Part shown: positions 38,256-46,579 of the stretch, piece after piece | How the letters are laid out: the number at the start of each line of letters is the position of its first letter | Position numbering within the stretch: the stretch's first letter is position 1 | Assembly (NCBI GenBank): GCA_022641095.1 | Contig: JALCDB010000002.1 | Location: 62,792-126,791 of the forward strand | Direction: 5' to 3' | DNA from: Bacilli bacterium | GTDB lineage: Bacteria; Bacillota_I; Bacilli_A; RFN20; CAG-826 | Length of the DNA stretch: 64,000 bases | Notes under the pieces: model-generated | Seen by the model: only the letters and a program-made list of their open reading frames with translations | Told to the model about the DNA's origin: nothing | The model's database searches: none | Made by a program: the position numbers and the translations under genes

Positions 38256-38844
38256 CCTATTCGGCCAAAAAGTCCTAGCGATTTATCGCTGTGGATCAAG
38301 AATCTATGGATTGGAAGGCTCCGATAGTGATGAGGACTACATCGCGGTTCTTGAAGGCGACTTTCTTCCTAACGTCATCAAAGCCGACACGGCCGATTAC
38401 TTCACATACGGGAAGAATCAATTCCAAGAAGCGGTGCAGTTCAAGCCGGGCTATCTGTCATATTTCACGATATGGCTAGACAATACAACGGTTGCCGAAA
38501 AGAACCTCGTCTATATCGATCCGGACTTCAAGGACGAATTCTTAAAGATCTGCAAGGTTGAATGGGAGAAGCATTATCCGGAATGGCTCTCGGCAAACAT
38601 CGACTATTTCGCCTTGAGACTAAGCTTCGATCCGTGCGAGAAAAGCCTATATTCGCTTTATCGCCTGCATTCGATCGTTAAGCGGTACAAGGAAACTGGC
38701 ATATTCGAGTCAGCCTTCAACGATGATGACAGAATCCTGGCGGCCGATTTCAAAAACAACCCGGAAAAACGCAAGGATCACGAAGATCGCTTAAAAGCGA
38801 TTTTTTCTTATCTGCAGGATCAACTAAAGGAGGACGCACCATGA
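38236..38844 (+). CDS. Nucleotidyltransferase-fold protein
   Basis: AIYRCGSRIYGLEGSDSDEDYIAV fits the pol-beta-superfamily NTase motif G[SG]x9-13Dx[DE]. Confidence 0.4.
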   Translation: MSESFDSLFGQKVLAIYRCGSRIYGLEGSDSDEDYIAVLEGDFLPNVIKADTADYFTYGKNQFQEAVQFKPGYLSYFTIWLDNTTVAEKNLVYIDPDFKDEFLKICKVEWEKHYPEWLSANIDYFALRLSFDPCEKSLYSLYRLHSIVKRYKETGIFESAFNDDDRILAADFKNNPEKRKDHEDRLKAIFSYLQDQLKEDAP

Positions 38845-39149
38845 ACGAACTAGATATCGTGCTAACGGTCTTATCCATATCCGGCACGCTTTCATCGATC
38901 CTCTTCGCCTATTTGGCGTTCAGGAGAAACGATCGTGGCGATCACAAGCAGGAAGGGAAGAACGAAGGCGTCCTTATTTCTGACGTTGGCTACATCAAGA
39001 GCAGCATCGACAGGATCGAGAAATCGATCGACAAGCTCGAGGAAGGCCAAAATGCGACCAAGGAACGTCTAACCAAACTCGAAACGGAGGTCCAGGACCA
39101 TATCCGCAACAAAGCTATTCACAACAATATGGGAGGAAACCAAAAATGA
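38841..39149 (+). CDS. Holin-like small membrane protein
   Basis: N-terminal TM helix (IVLTVLSISGTLSSILFAYLAF) followed by a charged tail; 102 aa. Confidence 0.35.
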   Translation: MNELDIVLTVLSISGTLSSILFAYLAFRRNDRGDHKQEGKNEGVLISDVGYIKSSIDRIEKSIDKLEEGQNATKERLTKLETEVQDHIRNKAIHNNMGGNQK

Positions 39150-39523
39150 ACGAGCTTTTATTGAATATTCTATCGGTGGTGGTGACCGCGGTTATCATCC
39201 CGCTCATCTCACTCCTAGGCACTAAGCTTTATCAGCTTATTAACTCAAAGATCAAAGATCAGAAAGGTGCCACGCTCATCAAAAAAGCCACGGATATCGT
39301 GCTGAACGCAGTTCGATCCGTATTCCAGACCTATGTTGAGTCCCTCAAGAAATCCGGCGGATTCGACAGTGCGGCCCAGGCGAAGGCATTCAACATGGCG
39401 AAGACGATCATCGTTTCTCAACTTACCGAGGACGTGAAAGCCTATCTAGCCGAGAACTATGGCGATCTCGAGGAGTGGATCAGCACCCAGATCGAAGCAT
39501 CAATCAACATCCTTAAAAACTAA
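39146..39523 (+). CDS. Holin-like small membrane protein
   Basis: N-terminal TM helix (LLNILSVVVTAVIIPLISLLG); 125 aa. Confidence 0.35.
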   Translation: MNELLLNILSVVVTAVIIPLISLLGTKLYQLINSKIKDQKGATLIKKATDIVLNAVRSVFQTYVESLKKSGGFDSAAQAKAFNMAKTIIVSQLTEDVKAYLAENYGDLEEWISTQIEASINILKN

Positions 39524-39527
39524 CGAA

Positions 39528-39561
39528 CGGCCTAGTGGAGAAATCTGCTGGGCCCTTTTTT
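39528..39561 (+). terminator. Rho-independent terminator after the late (structural/lysis) operon
   Basis: CGGCCTAG…CTGGGCC hairpin followed by CTTTTTT. Confidence 0.45.
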
Positions 39562-39663
39562 AATGCAAATTTTTTTACTACAATGTAGTAATTCCGCCGA
39601 TAAAAAAATATTTTGGAAAAAATCGCATTTTCACACCTATATGTATAAGTAGGAGGACTTTTT

Positions 39664-39996
39664 ATGAAACGCGATATATCAGACGCAAAAATGACGTTCG
39701 GAGCGTTGATGGATAACATCCGCATGCTCTACAACCTTTCTATGGGAAAGGACGAAGAATCGAAAAGGGTCGATGACATCAAGCGATACCTCGATGAAAT
39801 GCACGAGAGTGGCATCATCACCGATTATATAAAGGGCAACATGGAGGATATCTTCGAGAACTGGAATAAGATCTACGGAGAAAACGGCGAAAAATACCTT
39901 AAATTGCTCTCCATGATCAACGAAGAGGTGTGCCAGATGGTCGATGAGAAGGTCAAAGAAGGGAACGAGCATTTCAAACAGACCCTTCTGAGATAA
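39664..39996 (+). CDS. Hypothetical protein (110 aa) preceded by a 15-bp perfect palindrome
   Basis: ORF with AGGAGG RBS; palindrome TACTACAATGTAGTA at 39576-39590. Confidence 0.35.
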   Translation: MKRDISDAKMTFGALMDNIRMLYNLSMGKDEESKRVDDIKRYLDEMHESGIITDYIKGNMEDIFENWNKIYGENGEKYLKLLSMINEEVCQMVDEKVKEGNEHFKQTLLR

Positions 39997-40017
39997 AAAG
40001 CCGATTTATCCGGGTTA

Positions 40018-40049
40018 GGTTATAAGTGGCCGATTAAAAGTCCGAATTA
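40018..40049 (+). promoter_or_regulatory. Copy 4 of the conserved phage regulatory element, upstream of the HTH/Zn-ribbon gene and recombinases
   Basis: GGTTATAAGTGGCCGATTAAAAGTCCGAATTA; 29/32 identical to the copy at 15851. Confidence 0.4.
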
Positions 40050-40067
40050 TGGTGGAGGTGATCCATC

Positions 40068-40436
40068 ATGAATTTGTACGACAAGCAAAAGATCCTTAAG
40101 CTCAGGAGCCAAGGGTTAAGTTACGCTAAGATCGCAGAAGCCACCGGCATACCAAAAGGTACAGTCAAATGGTTTCTGACAAAAAACGCCACCGAAAGGG
40201 ATGAACCTAAATGCAAAAACTGCGGCAAGCCCCTGAAGATAACCCCCGGAAAGAAGGCTAAGCAGTTTTGCTGTGATCAATGCCGCTGGGAATGGTGGCA
40301 TAAGCATAGAAATCTATATAAACCGAAGAAAACGATGACCTGCAATTTCTGCGGGAAGGTTTTCTCGTACTTTGGAAAAAACAGGAAGTATTGCTGCAGG
40401 GCATGCTACCTAAGGGGAAGATATGGAAGTCAGTAA
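40068..40436 (+). CDS. HTH + Cys-rich zinc-ribbon DNA-binding protein (putative recombination/lysogeny regulator)
   Basis: LKLRSQGLSYAKIAEATGIPKGTVKWF HTH; CKNCGK…CCDQCRWEW…CNFCGK…CCRACY. Confidence 0.5.
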   Translation: MNLYDKQKILKLRSQGLSYAKIAEATGIPKGTVKWFLTKNATERDEPKCKNCGKPLKITPGKKAKQFCCDQCRWEWWHKHRNLYKPKKTMTCNFCGKVFSYFGKNRKYCCRACYLRGRYGSQ

Positions 40437-40638
40437 GAAGATCGAATCCTATCTCTCCTCTTTTAAGGTCGCTGAAACCATGTTCAAAAAGGGCGTGATC
40501 AATGATGGGGAACTCAGAAAAATAGAAGCCGAACTAGCCAAGAAATACGGCCTGCCATCGAACTCAATTGTCCGAATTGACTTGCTAAGTTCTCTTACCA
40601 GAGAAAACATGAATTCGGGTGATATAAATGAAAGTTAA
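40423..40638 (+). CDS. Hypothetical small protein (71 aa)
   Basis: ORF overlapping the neighbouring genes. Confidence 0.3.
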   Translation: MEVSKKIESYLSSFKVAETMFKKGVINDGELRKIEAELAKKYGLPSNSIVRIDLLSSLTRENMNSGDINES

Positions 40639-41941
40639 AGCATTAAAAGCTTACAAAAAACTGCCGAGCAAAAGAAGGGTCGCTGCCTATGCCAGGGTCT
40701 CATCCGCCAAGGACACGATGTACCATTCGCTTTCTTACCAGATCAGCTATTACAACGCACTGATCCAGAAAAGAAACGACTGGCTCTTTTGCGGCGTTTA
40801 CGCGGACGAGGCGTTGAGCGGCACCAAGGATACTAGAAAAAACTTCCAAAGGCTGCTCCAGGATTGCAGGGATCACAAAATCGACCTGATCATCACTAAA
40901 TCGATCTCCAGGTTCGCAAGAAATACAGTGACACTGCTTGAAACTGTCAGGGAACTGAAGGATCTCGGGATCGAGGTATATTTCGAAGAGCAGAATATCT
41001 GGTCGCTATCCGGCGATGGGGAGCTGATGCTTTCGATCCTAGCATCCTATGCTCAGGAAGAGGCCCGATCGGTATCCGAGAATATGAAGTGGAGGATCAA
41101 GAAAGACTTCCAGGAAGGGCTCATCTGGGGAGGCGACCATTGCTACGGCTACAAAGTAGTGAACCGCAGGCTGGTGATAAACCCGGAAGAAGTCGAGCTC
41201 GTTAAAAGGATATTTGAAATGTACGTCAGCGGTATCGGCGACAGAGCCATTGCCACGCAATTCAACAAAGAGGGGATCCCGACCCACCAAGGCGGACCTT
41301 GGAAACAGGAAACGATCAGGGGAATCCTAAGGAATAGGAATTACACCGGTGATCTCATCCTCCAGAAAACCTATAGCTCGGACTACATAAACAAGACCAA
41401 TAAATACAATCGCGGCGAAAAGGACCTATATATCGTTGAAGATGACCATGAACCCATTATCTCTAAAGAGATGTTCGCCAAGGCCGCGGAGGTACGCAAG
41501 AACCGAGTCGAGAAAAAGCACGGCGGACTAAGAACGAAAATTAAGAGGCCATTCGATGACCTGATCGTTTGCGGAACCTGCGGAAAAGGCTACCGATTCA
41601 GGACGGGACCATACAGGGATAGCTATATCTGTAGGAACTTCGCTGATTACGGAAAATCGGCATGCCAAAGTAAGCAAATCCCGGATCGAGTCTTAAAAAA
41701 AGTGACCGCCGAGGTGCTTTCGATACCTGAATTCGATGAAAGCGTCCTTAGGGCGAATATATGCAAGATAGTGGCCAAGAACGGAAATTTGCTCGAATAC
41801 CACTTCATAAACGGCGATGTTAAAGAAATCCACTGGGACGACCCTAAGCGATCCGATGGGTGGACCGAAGAAATGAAAGCCGCAGCAAGACTCAAAGCGA
41901 AAGAAAGACAAGAAAGGAAGGAAAAAGAATGCCAAAAGTAA
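40628..41941 (+). CDS. Large serine recombinase (resolvase/invertase N-terminal domain + recombinase domain + zinc ribbon)
   Basis: VAAYARVSSAKD with catalytic Ser, …ITKSISRFARN…, and a C-terminal Cys cluster (CGTCGKGYRF…). Confidence 0.85.
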   Translation: MKVKALKAYKKLPSKRRVAAYARVSSAKDTMYHSLSYQISYYNALIQKRNDWLFCGVYADEALSGTKDTRKNFQRLLQDCRDHKIDLIITKSISRFARNTVTLLETVRELKDLGIEVYFEEQNIWSLSGDGELMLSILASYAQEEARSVSENMKWRIKKDFQEGLIWGGDHCYGYKVVNRRLVINPEEVELVKRIFEMYVSGIGDRAIATQFNKEGIPTHQGGPWKQETIRGILRNRNYTGDLILQKTYSSDYINKTNKYNRGEKDLYIVEDDHEPIISKEMFAKAAEVRKNRVEKKHGGLRTKIKRPFDDLIVCGTCGKGYRFRTGPYRDSYICRNFADYGKSACQSKQIPDRVLKKVTAEVLSIPEFDESVLRANICKIVAKNGNLLEYHFINGDVKEIHWDDPKRSDGWTEEMKAAARLKAKERQERKEKECQK

Positions 41942-43509
41942 CGATTATTCCATCAACGATCAACCAAAAAACGAGAATGCCTAAGTTATCCAAGGCAAAA
42001 AGGCGTGTTGCCGCTTACGCTCGTGTTTCAACGGATAGCGATGAGCAGTTCACATCCTTCGAGGCACAGGTTGATTATTACACCAAATTCATCATGGCCA
42101 ATCCGGACTGGGAATTCGTCAAGGTATATGCCGATGAGGGCATCACCGGAACCAACACAAAGAACCGCGTCCAATTCAACAAAATGGTGGATGACGCACT
42201 GAACGGGAAGATAGATCTCATCGTGACCAAATCGGTGAGCAGATTCGCCAGAAACACAGTGGATAGCCTTACAACGATCCGCAAATTGAAGGATAAAGGA
42301 GTGGAGTGCTTTTTTCAAAAAGAGAACATCTACACCTTCGATAGCAAAGGGGAGCTTCTTCTTACGATAATGGCATCCCTCGCCCAGGAGGAATCGAGAT
42401 CCATATCCGAGAACGTAACCTGGGGTACAAGGAAGTCGTTCAGCGATGGAAAAGTCCACCTTGCATACAAGCACTTCCTTGGATACAGAAAAGGACCGGA
42501 CGGAAGACCCGAGATCGTGGAGGAAGAAGCCGTGATCGTCAGGGCGATTTATAGAATGTTCCTTGAAGGATGTTCCTATTCCCAGATCGCGGATGAACTG
42601 ACAGCTAGAGGCTTCAAAACAACGAGGGGTAAGGATAAATGGAATCTATCGACAATAAGGTCCATTCTAAAGAATGAGAAATACAAAGGCGATGCCATAC
42701 TCCAGAAAACCTTCACCACGGACTTCCTTACGCACAAGCACAAGATCAACGAGGGCGAAGTCCCGCAATATTACGTTGAAAACAGCCACGCTGCGATCAT
42801 TGACCCGGAAGAATGGGATTTAGTTCAACTGGAGATCAAACGCCGCGAGGATCTGGGCAAAACGTATAGTGCGAAAGGCCCATTCGCATGCAAGATTGTA
42901 TGCGGTGAGTGCGGTGGCTTTTATGGCCTCAAGGTTCTCCATTCAACGGATCCATATAAAAACTCAAAATATATCTGCAACGGCAAATATAAAGGTGATC
43001 ACGTATGCGAGACTCCATCGCTTACCGAAGATCAGATCAAAGCGGCATTCGTCAAAGCATTTAATAGGTTAAACGAAAACAAGGATTCGATTCTTGAAGA
43101 TTGCGAGATGATGTATCGCTTGCTCGATAACACCGAGGAGATCGATAGGGCTATCGCCGAAACGAATGACGAGATCGAAGTGGTGACCGGGCTGACCAGT
43201 AACCTGATAAAGGAAAACAGTGCCACAGCACAGGATCAGGTCGAATATAAAAAGAAATACGATCGCCTCTGTGCCAGATACAATAGGCTCCTTGATAAAC
43301 TCTCCGACCTAACCAAAGAAAAGGAACGTAAGGCCGCACAAAAGGGCTCGTTCAGGCTATTTGCGGAAATATATAGAAGGCAACCGGAAGTCCTTGATGA
43401 ATGGGACGAGAAAGTATGGACACTGACGGTGGATCGAGTGGTGGTCAATAAGGATCGAACGCTAACCTTCGCCTTCTACTCAAATCAGAAGATCACGGTC
43501 GAGATCTGA
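41929..43509 (+). CDS. Large serine recombinase, second tandem copy
   Basis: VAAYARVSTDSDEQ…VTKSVSRFARN…CGECGGFYG. Preferred start MPKVTII at 41929; the track start is 41860. Confidence 0.85.
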   Translation: MPKVTIIPSTINQKTRMPKLSKAKRRVAAYARVSTDSDEQFTSFEAQVDYYTKFIMANPDWEFVKVYADEGITGTNTKNRVQFNKMVDDALNGKIDLIVTKSVSRFARNTVDSLTTIRKLKDKGVECFFQKENIYTFDSKGELLLTIMASLAQEESRSISENVTWGTRKSFSDGKVHLAYKHFLGYRKGPDGRPEIVEEEAVIVRAIYRMFLEGCSYSQIADELTARGFKTTRGKDKWNLSTIRSILKNEKYKGDAILQKTFTTDFLTHKHKINEGEVPQYYVENSHAAIIDPEEWDLVQLEIKRREDLGKTYSAKGPFACKIVCGECGGFYGLKVLHSTDPYKNSKYICNGKYKGDHVCETPSLTEDQIKAAFVKAFNRLNENKDSILEDCEMMYRLLDNTEEIDRAIAETNDEIEVVTGLTSNLIKENSATAQDQVEYKKKYDRLCARYNRLLDKLSDLTKEKERKAAQKGSFRLFAEIYRRQPEVLDEWDEKVWTLTVDRVVVNKDRTLTFAFYSNQKITVEI

Positions 43510-43523
43510 ATCCGATCAAAACG

Positions 43524-43556
43524 CAGGGCATCGAGATAGGGTGCCCCTTTTTCTTT
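43524..43556 (+). terminator. Rho-independent terminator after the recombinase pair
   Basis: GGGCA-tcgagataggg-TGCCC followed by CTTTTTCTTTT. Confidence 0.45.
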
Positions 43557-43575
43557 TATATAATATAAATATAGG

Positions 43576-43650
43576 GGTGGTTGGAACCTTGGCCGATTTG
43601 ATAAAAGGTGGTTGGAATATTGGCCGATTTGATAAAAAGTGGTTGGATTG
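43576..43650 (+). repeat. Tandem direct repeat, 2.4 × 31 bp (GGTGGTTGGAAyvTTGGCCGATTTGATAAAAr); candidate att/recombination or protein-binding site at the element's right end
   Basis: Copies at 43576-43606 and 43607-43637, partial at 43638-43650. They contain TGGCCGATT, shared with the four regulatory-element copies. Confidence 0.6.
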
Positions 43651-44583
43651 TATTAAAACACAGCATTACAGCCAAATGTCATAAGCGCTCGACAAAACGG
43701 GCGTTTTTGTTTTCTTTGATTACCAAAGGATCTCAGCCGATGATGTCCGAAAGCGCGTCGATCGGAGACGTCCCGGAAGCCATCGGGCAACGCGAATGCG
43801 TGTCCATGGTTTCTTTGAGCTTCCCGTGGACAAGCCCTTCAGGGACCGCCTCGAATGGATGGGGAACTTCTTGGTTTCGAGTGACTAATCGCGTTGTCGG
43901 TCCCCGCAAAGAGCGAGGACGCCGGCTCTGGCGGGACCGAGGAGTACGAGTACTATGTGATCTACCGCAAGATGAGGGCCTACACGTACAGGACCGACGC
44001 CTTCCCCGCGCTAGTGGGGCAGAAGTCGCTCGGGTCGCCCGAGGGCTACCTCGAGGCGCCGCACTACAGGGAGCTCGAACCCTCCGCGGGTGACTACGAG
44101 AGCTCGGCGAATTACATAGTCAAGACCATGGTAGACTGCATGTCCGGGTACAGGGACGCGGCGAACGGGAAGGGCGACGAAATCAGGAAAATGGCGGAAA
44201 AGGGTATCGGCGACGGACGCTGAGATCGTTCTCGCAACCATGTATGCGTTCTTTATCCACCCTAGTCTGCACATTGACACCATGGGTTGCCTTTCCTTCT
44301 GCTCCTATTATCTTGATTGCGATAAGCGATTTCTTCTCCCCCAGATTCAGCGTTAGCGAGTCAAACCAATTCTTATAGCGTTGACGACCACGTGGATTTG
44401 GCCAAAGCCATATTACACCAGTCTTCCGGCAACGAATCGACCCTGACATACGATGTCAGCGAAGAGGTCAAGATTCTCTACCCGAGTGTCTCATACATTG
44501 AAGCCCCGCTTAGTTATAGCGTTGAGACAAAACAAAGAACTATTTAGCTTTTGTTTTAAGCCGATAAGATTAAAATAAGTACA

Positions 44584-45945
44584 ATGTGTGGTATGGAACT
44601 AACTTCGCCTTTCCCTTCAATTGACATCTCAAGCAGTTCATCTCTTGCCTCTTTGGTTGTGCAGTCGAAGGCGTTCCGCAGGATGAGCGGGAAAACACAG
44701 CTTTTCAGTTCATACACAAACGATCACTATCACAATAGGCTGACGCACACCCTGGAGGTTTTTTCGGTTTCATTGAGAATGGCAGACATTTTAGATTCGG
44801 CGTCGAAAAAGTCTTCTGATAAGAAAATAAACCGTGGTTACATCGAAGCAATTTCCATAGCGCACGACCTTGGTCACACTCCTTTTGGCCACGCCGGGGA
44901 AAGATGCATCAACGAAGTGCTTATGGGAATAGACAATCTTGGCGGTCTTATCGACACTCAATTTTTGGAGCCTCTCATCTTTAAACACAACTTTTACTCA
45001 GTGAAAGTTTTGCTTGGAATCGTGAAAAATAATGACATAGATGAAAAAATTTTGACCGGTATTGTTCTTCATACGGGCCTCATTCCCAAGGATGTTGACT
45101 TAAAACGATTTTCGGACAACTTATTGTCCAACTCTCTGAATTATTATTTTGCTAACTCGAGAATTAAAGATTGTCATAGTGAAACTGATTTCGGCAAAAA
45201 TCAATCCGTTGAGGGAAAAATAGTTGCCGAAGCGGATGAGATTGCCCAGCGCGTTTCGGATCTTGACGACGCTCTCCAATCGAAGATAATCGTTGCGGAC
45301 GAGAATTTCGTAAAAAACGCGTTGCCTGATGAGCAAGACGTTTCTGTTTTTTTCAAAGAAAAAAAGCTTTTGATAACCCGTTTTCTAATCGAAGTTTCAT
45401 CGGTTATGATAGGGGGCGTTTCTTTGAAAGATGGCAATGTCTGTCTTTCTGAGTCAGGGAAAAAGACCTACGATTTTATCAAAAAACAGATTAACGAAAA
45501 GATAACACACTCCTATTTGATTCGTAGTTTCGATGAAAAGGGCAGGTTTTTTATAAGGCAACTTGCAAAGGCATTCTATAAGCACCCCAATCAGTTGGAG
45601 GATGAGACGATCGAAAAAATCTATGCCGACATTCGTATTACGCTTTTGAGCAGTTCTGAAAGTAAGTCAGAACCTCTTAGAAAAGATCCGAGGTTTTCTT
45701 GTTTCCTGCATCGCGATGATGAGACTTTTTCCGTTTATGAGAAAAGTCAGATACTCGATTCTATCTCAGAACTGGCCCTTAGAAACGAGCATTCTCCCGA
45801 AGACGAAAAATCCTCGTCAATAAAGGGGAAGGTTTTTAAGATTATTAACACGGTTTTTTTGCGTGATATAATGCTGTCGATCGCAAACATGACGGATCGC
45901 TATGCTGTTAAAAAGCACCATTCCCTGTATGAATCGGAGAGCTGA
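44584..45945 (+). CDS. dGTP triphosphohydrolase (Dgt)-like HD-domain phosphohydrolase
   Basis: KAFRRMSGKTQLF…HYHNRLTHTLEV…IAHDLGHTPFGHAGE matches the Dgt-family N-terminal and HD motifs. The gene is AT-rich relative to the host. Confidence 0.7.
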   Translation: MCGMELTSPFPSIDISSSSSLASLVVQSKAFRRMSGKTQLFSSYTNDHYHNRLTHTLEVFSVSLRMADILDSASKKSSDKKINRGYIEAISIAHDLGHTPFGHAGERCINEVLMGIDNLGGLIDTQFLEPLIFKHNFYSVKVLLGIVKNNDIDEKILTGIVLHTGLIPKDVDLKRFSDNLLSNSLNYYFANSRIKDCHSETDFGKNQSVEGKIVAEADEIAQRVSDLDDALQSKIIVADENFVKNALPDEQDVSVFFKEKKLLITRFLIEVSSVMIGGVSLKDGNVCLSESGKKTYDFIKKQINEKITHSYLIRSFDEKGRFFIRQLAKAFYKHPNQLEDETIEKIYADIRITLLSSSESKSEPLRKDPRFSCFLHRDDETFSVYEKSQILDSISELALRNEHSPEDEKSSSIKGKVFKIINTVFLRDIMLSIANMTDRYAVKKHHSLYESES

Positions 45946-46051
45946 TTAAGAATGAGGTTATCGTTTCCCTTGCGAAAGCCGTTGTGCGTTCTATAATATA
46001 GTCATAATAAGAACGGGTCGTAGACCCAAGAGTTTAAGAAACTCATTGATT

Positions 46052-46077
46052 ACACCCAAAAGGGTGTTTTCTTTTTT
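46052..46077 (+). terminator. Rho-independent terminator downstream of the dGTPase-like gene
   Basis: ACACCC-aaaa-GGGTGT followed by TTTTCTTTTTT. Confidence 0.5.
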
Positions 46078-46579
46078 AATGCGTTGTGCCTATCGTCTTG
46101 CTCTACGTCGTTTAATAAACATATGATTATCATCGGTGTTGTCAAATCACCTTTTGCGATTGCATCATGACGATGAGTTAGGCGCGAACGAAGATGGTTC
46201 CTCAGTTTTCCGCGTTCGCTTTGAATCGCAAACATCGCAACGATCTTTAACGTAATGTTTCAAAAATAAGACATGCGAATAGGGGGCTGAACGCATACTA
46301 TTTCAATTCATGCCAATCTTAGGATTTATCGATGTTTTTCAACAATAGATGGCAGCAAAAACAAAAACCGTTGATTTTTGATTTCCGCAAAATAAAATAA
46401 AACAAAAGGGTTAGCATATGCTAAGAAATAATATTCTTTTGGTAAAAGGCGTTAATAAGAGACGCGTTCTTTGGTGGGGCGGCCGCAGCGGTCGTGGATT
46501 TGCGGATTGTGGCTGGATTGAGGTTCCGCATGGTTTTCTCGAGCCCGCCGCAAATTAAAGAGAGTTTTGCAAAATCGCA

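Larger units (their letters stand above)
11119..43650 (+). mobile_element. Siphovirus-like prophage (regulatory, replication, packaging, head, tail, lysis and serine-recombinase modules)
   Basis: Complete co-linear phage gene order ending in two serine recombinases and direct repeats. The left boundary is not resolved and the element may extend leftward to include the defence block and tet(W). Confidence 0.6.

Noticed and set aside
44040-44075. T-loop-like GCTCGAACC sequence that might indicate a tRNA (a common integration target) on the minus strand
   Set aside because: The flanking bases do not form a clean 5-bp T-stem, acceptor stem or anticodon arm. It lies inside the GC-rich orphan segment and is likely coincidental; only tRNAscan could settle it.
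43608-44223. Plus-strand ORFs 43608–44093 and 43894–44223 as real genes
   Set aside because: They begin in the AT-rich repeat region or at a TTG, overlap each other in different frames, are AGG-rich, and have no recognisable domain. They are treated as spurious frames in a GC-rich fragment.
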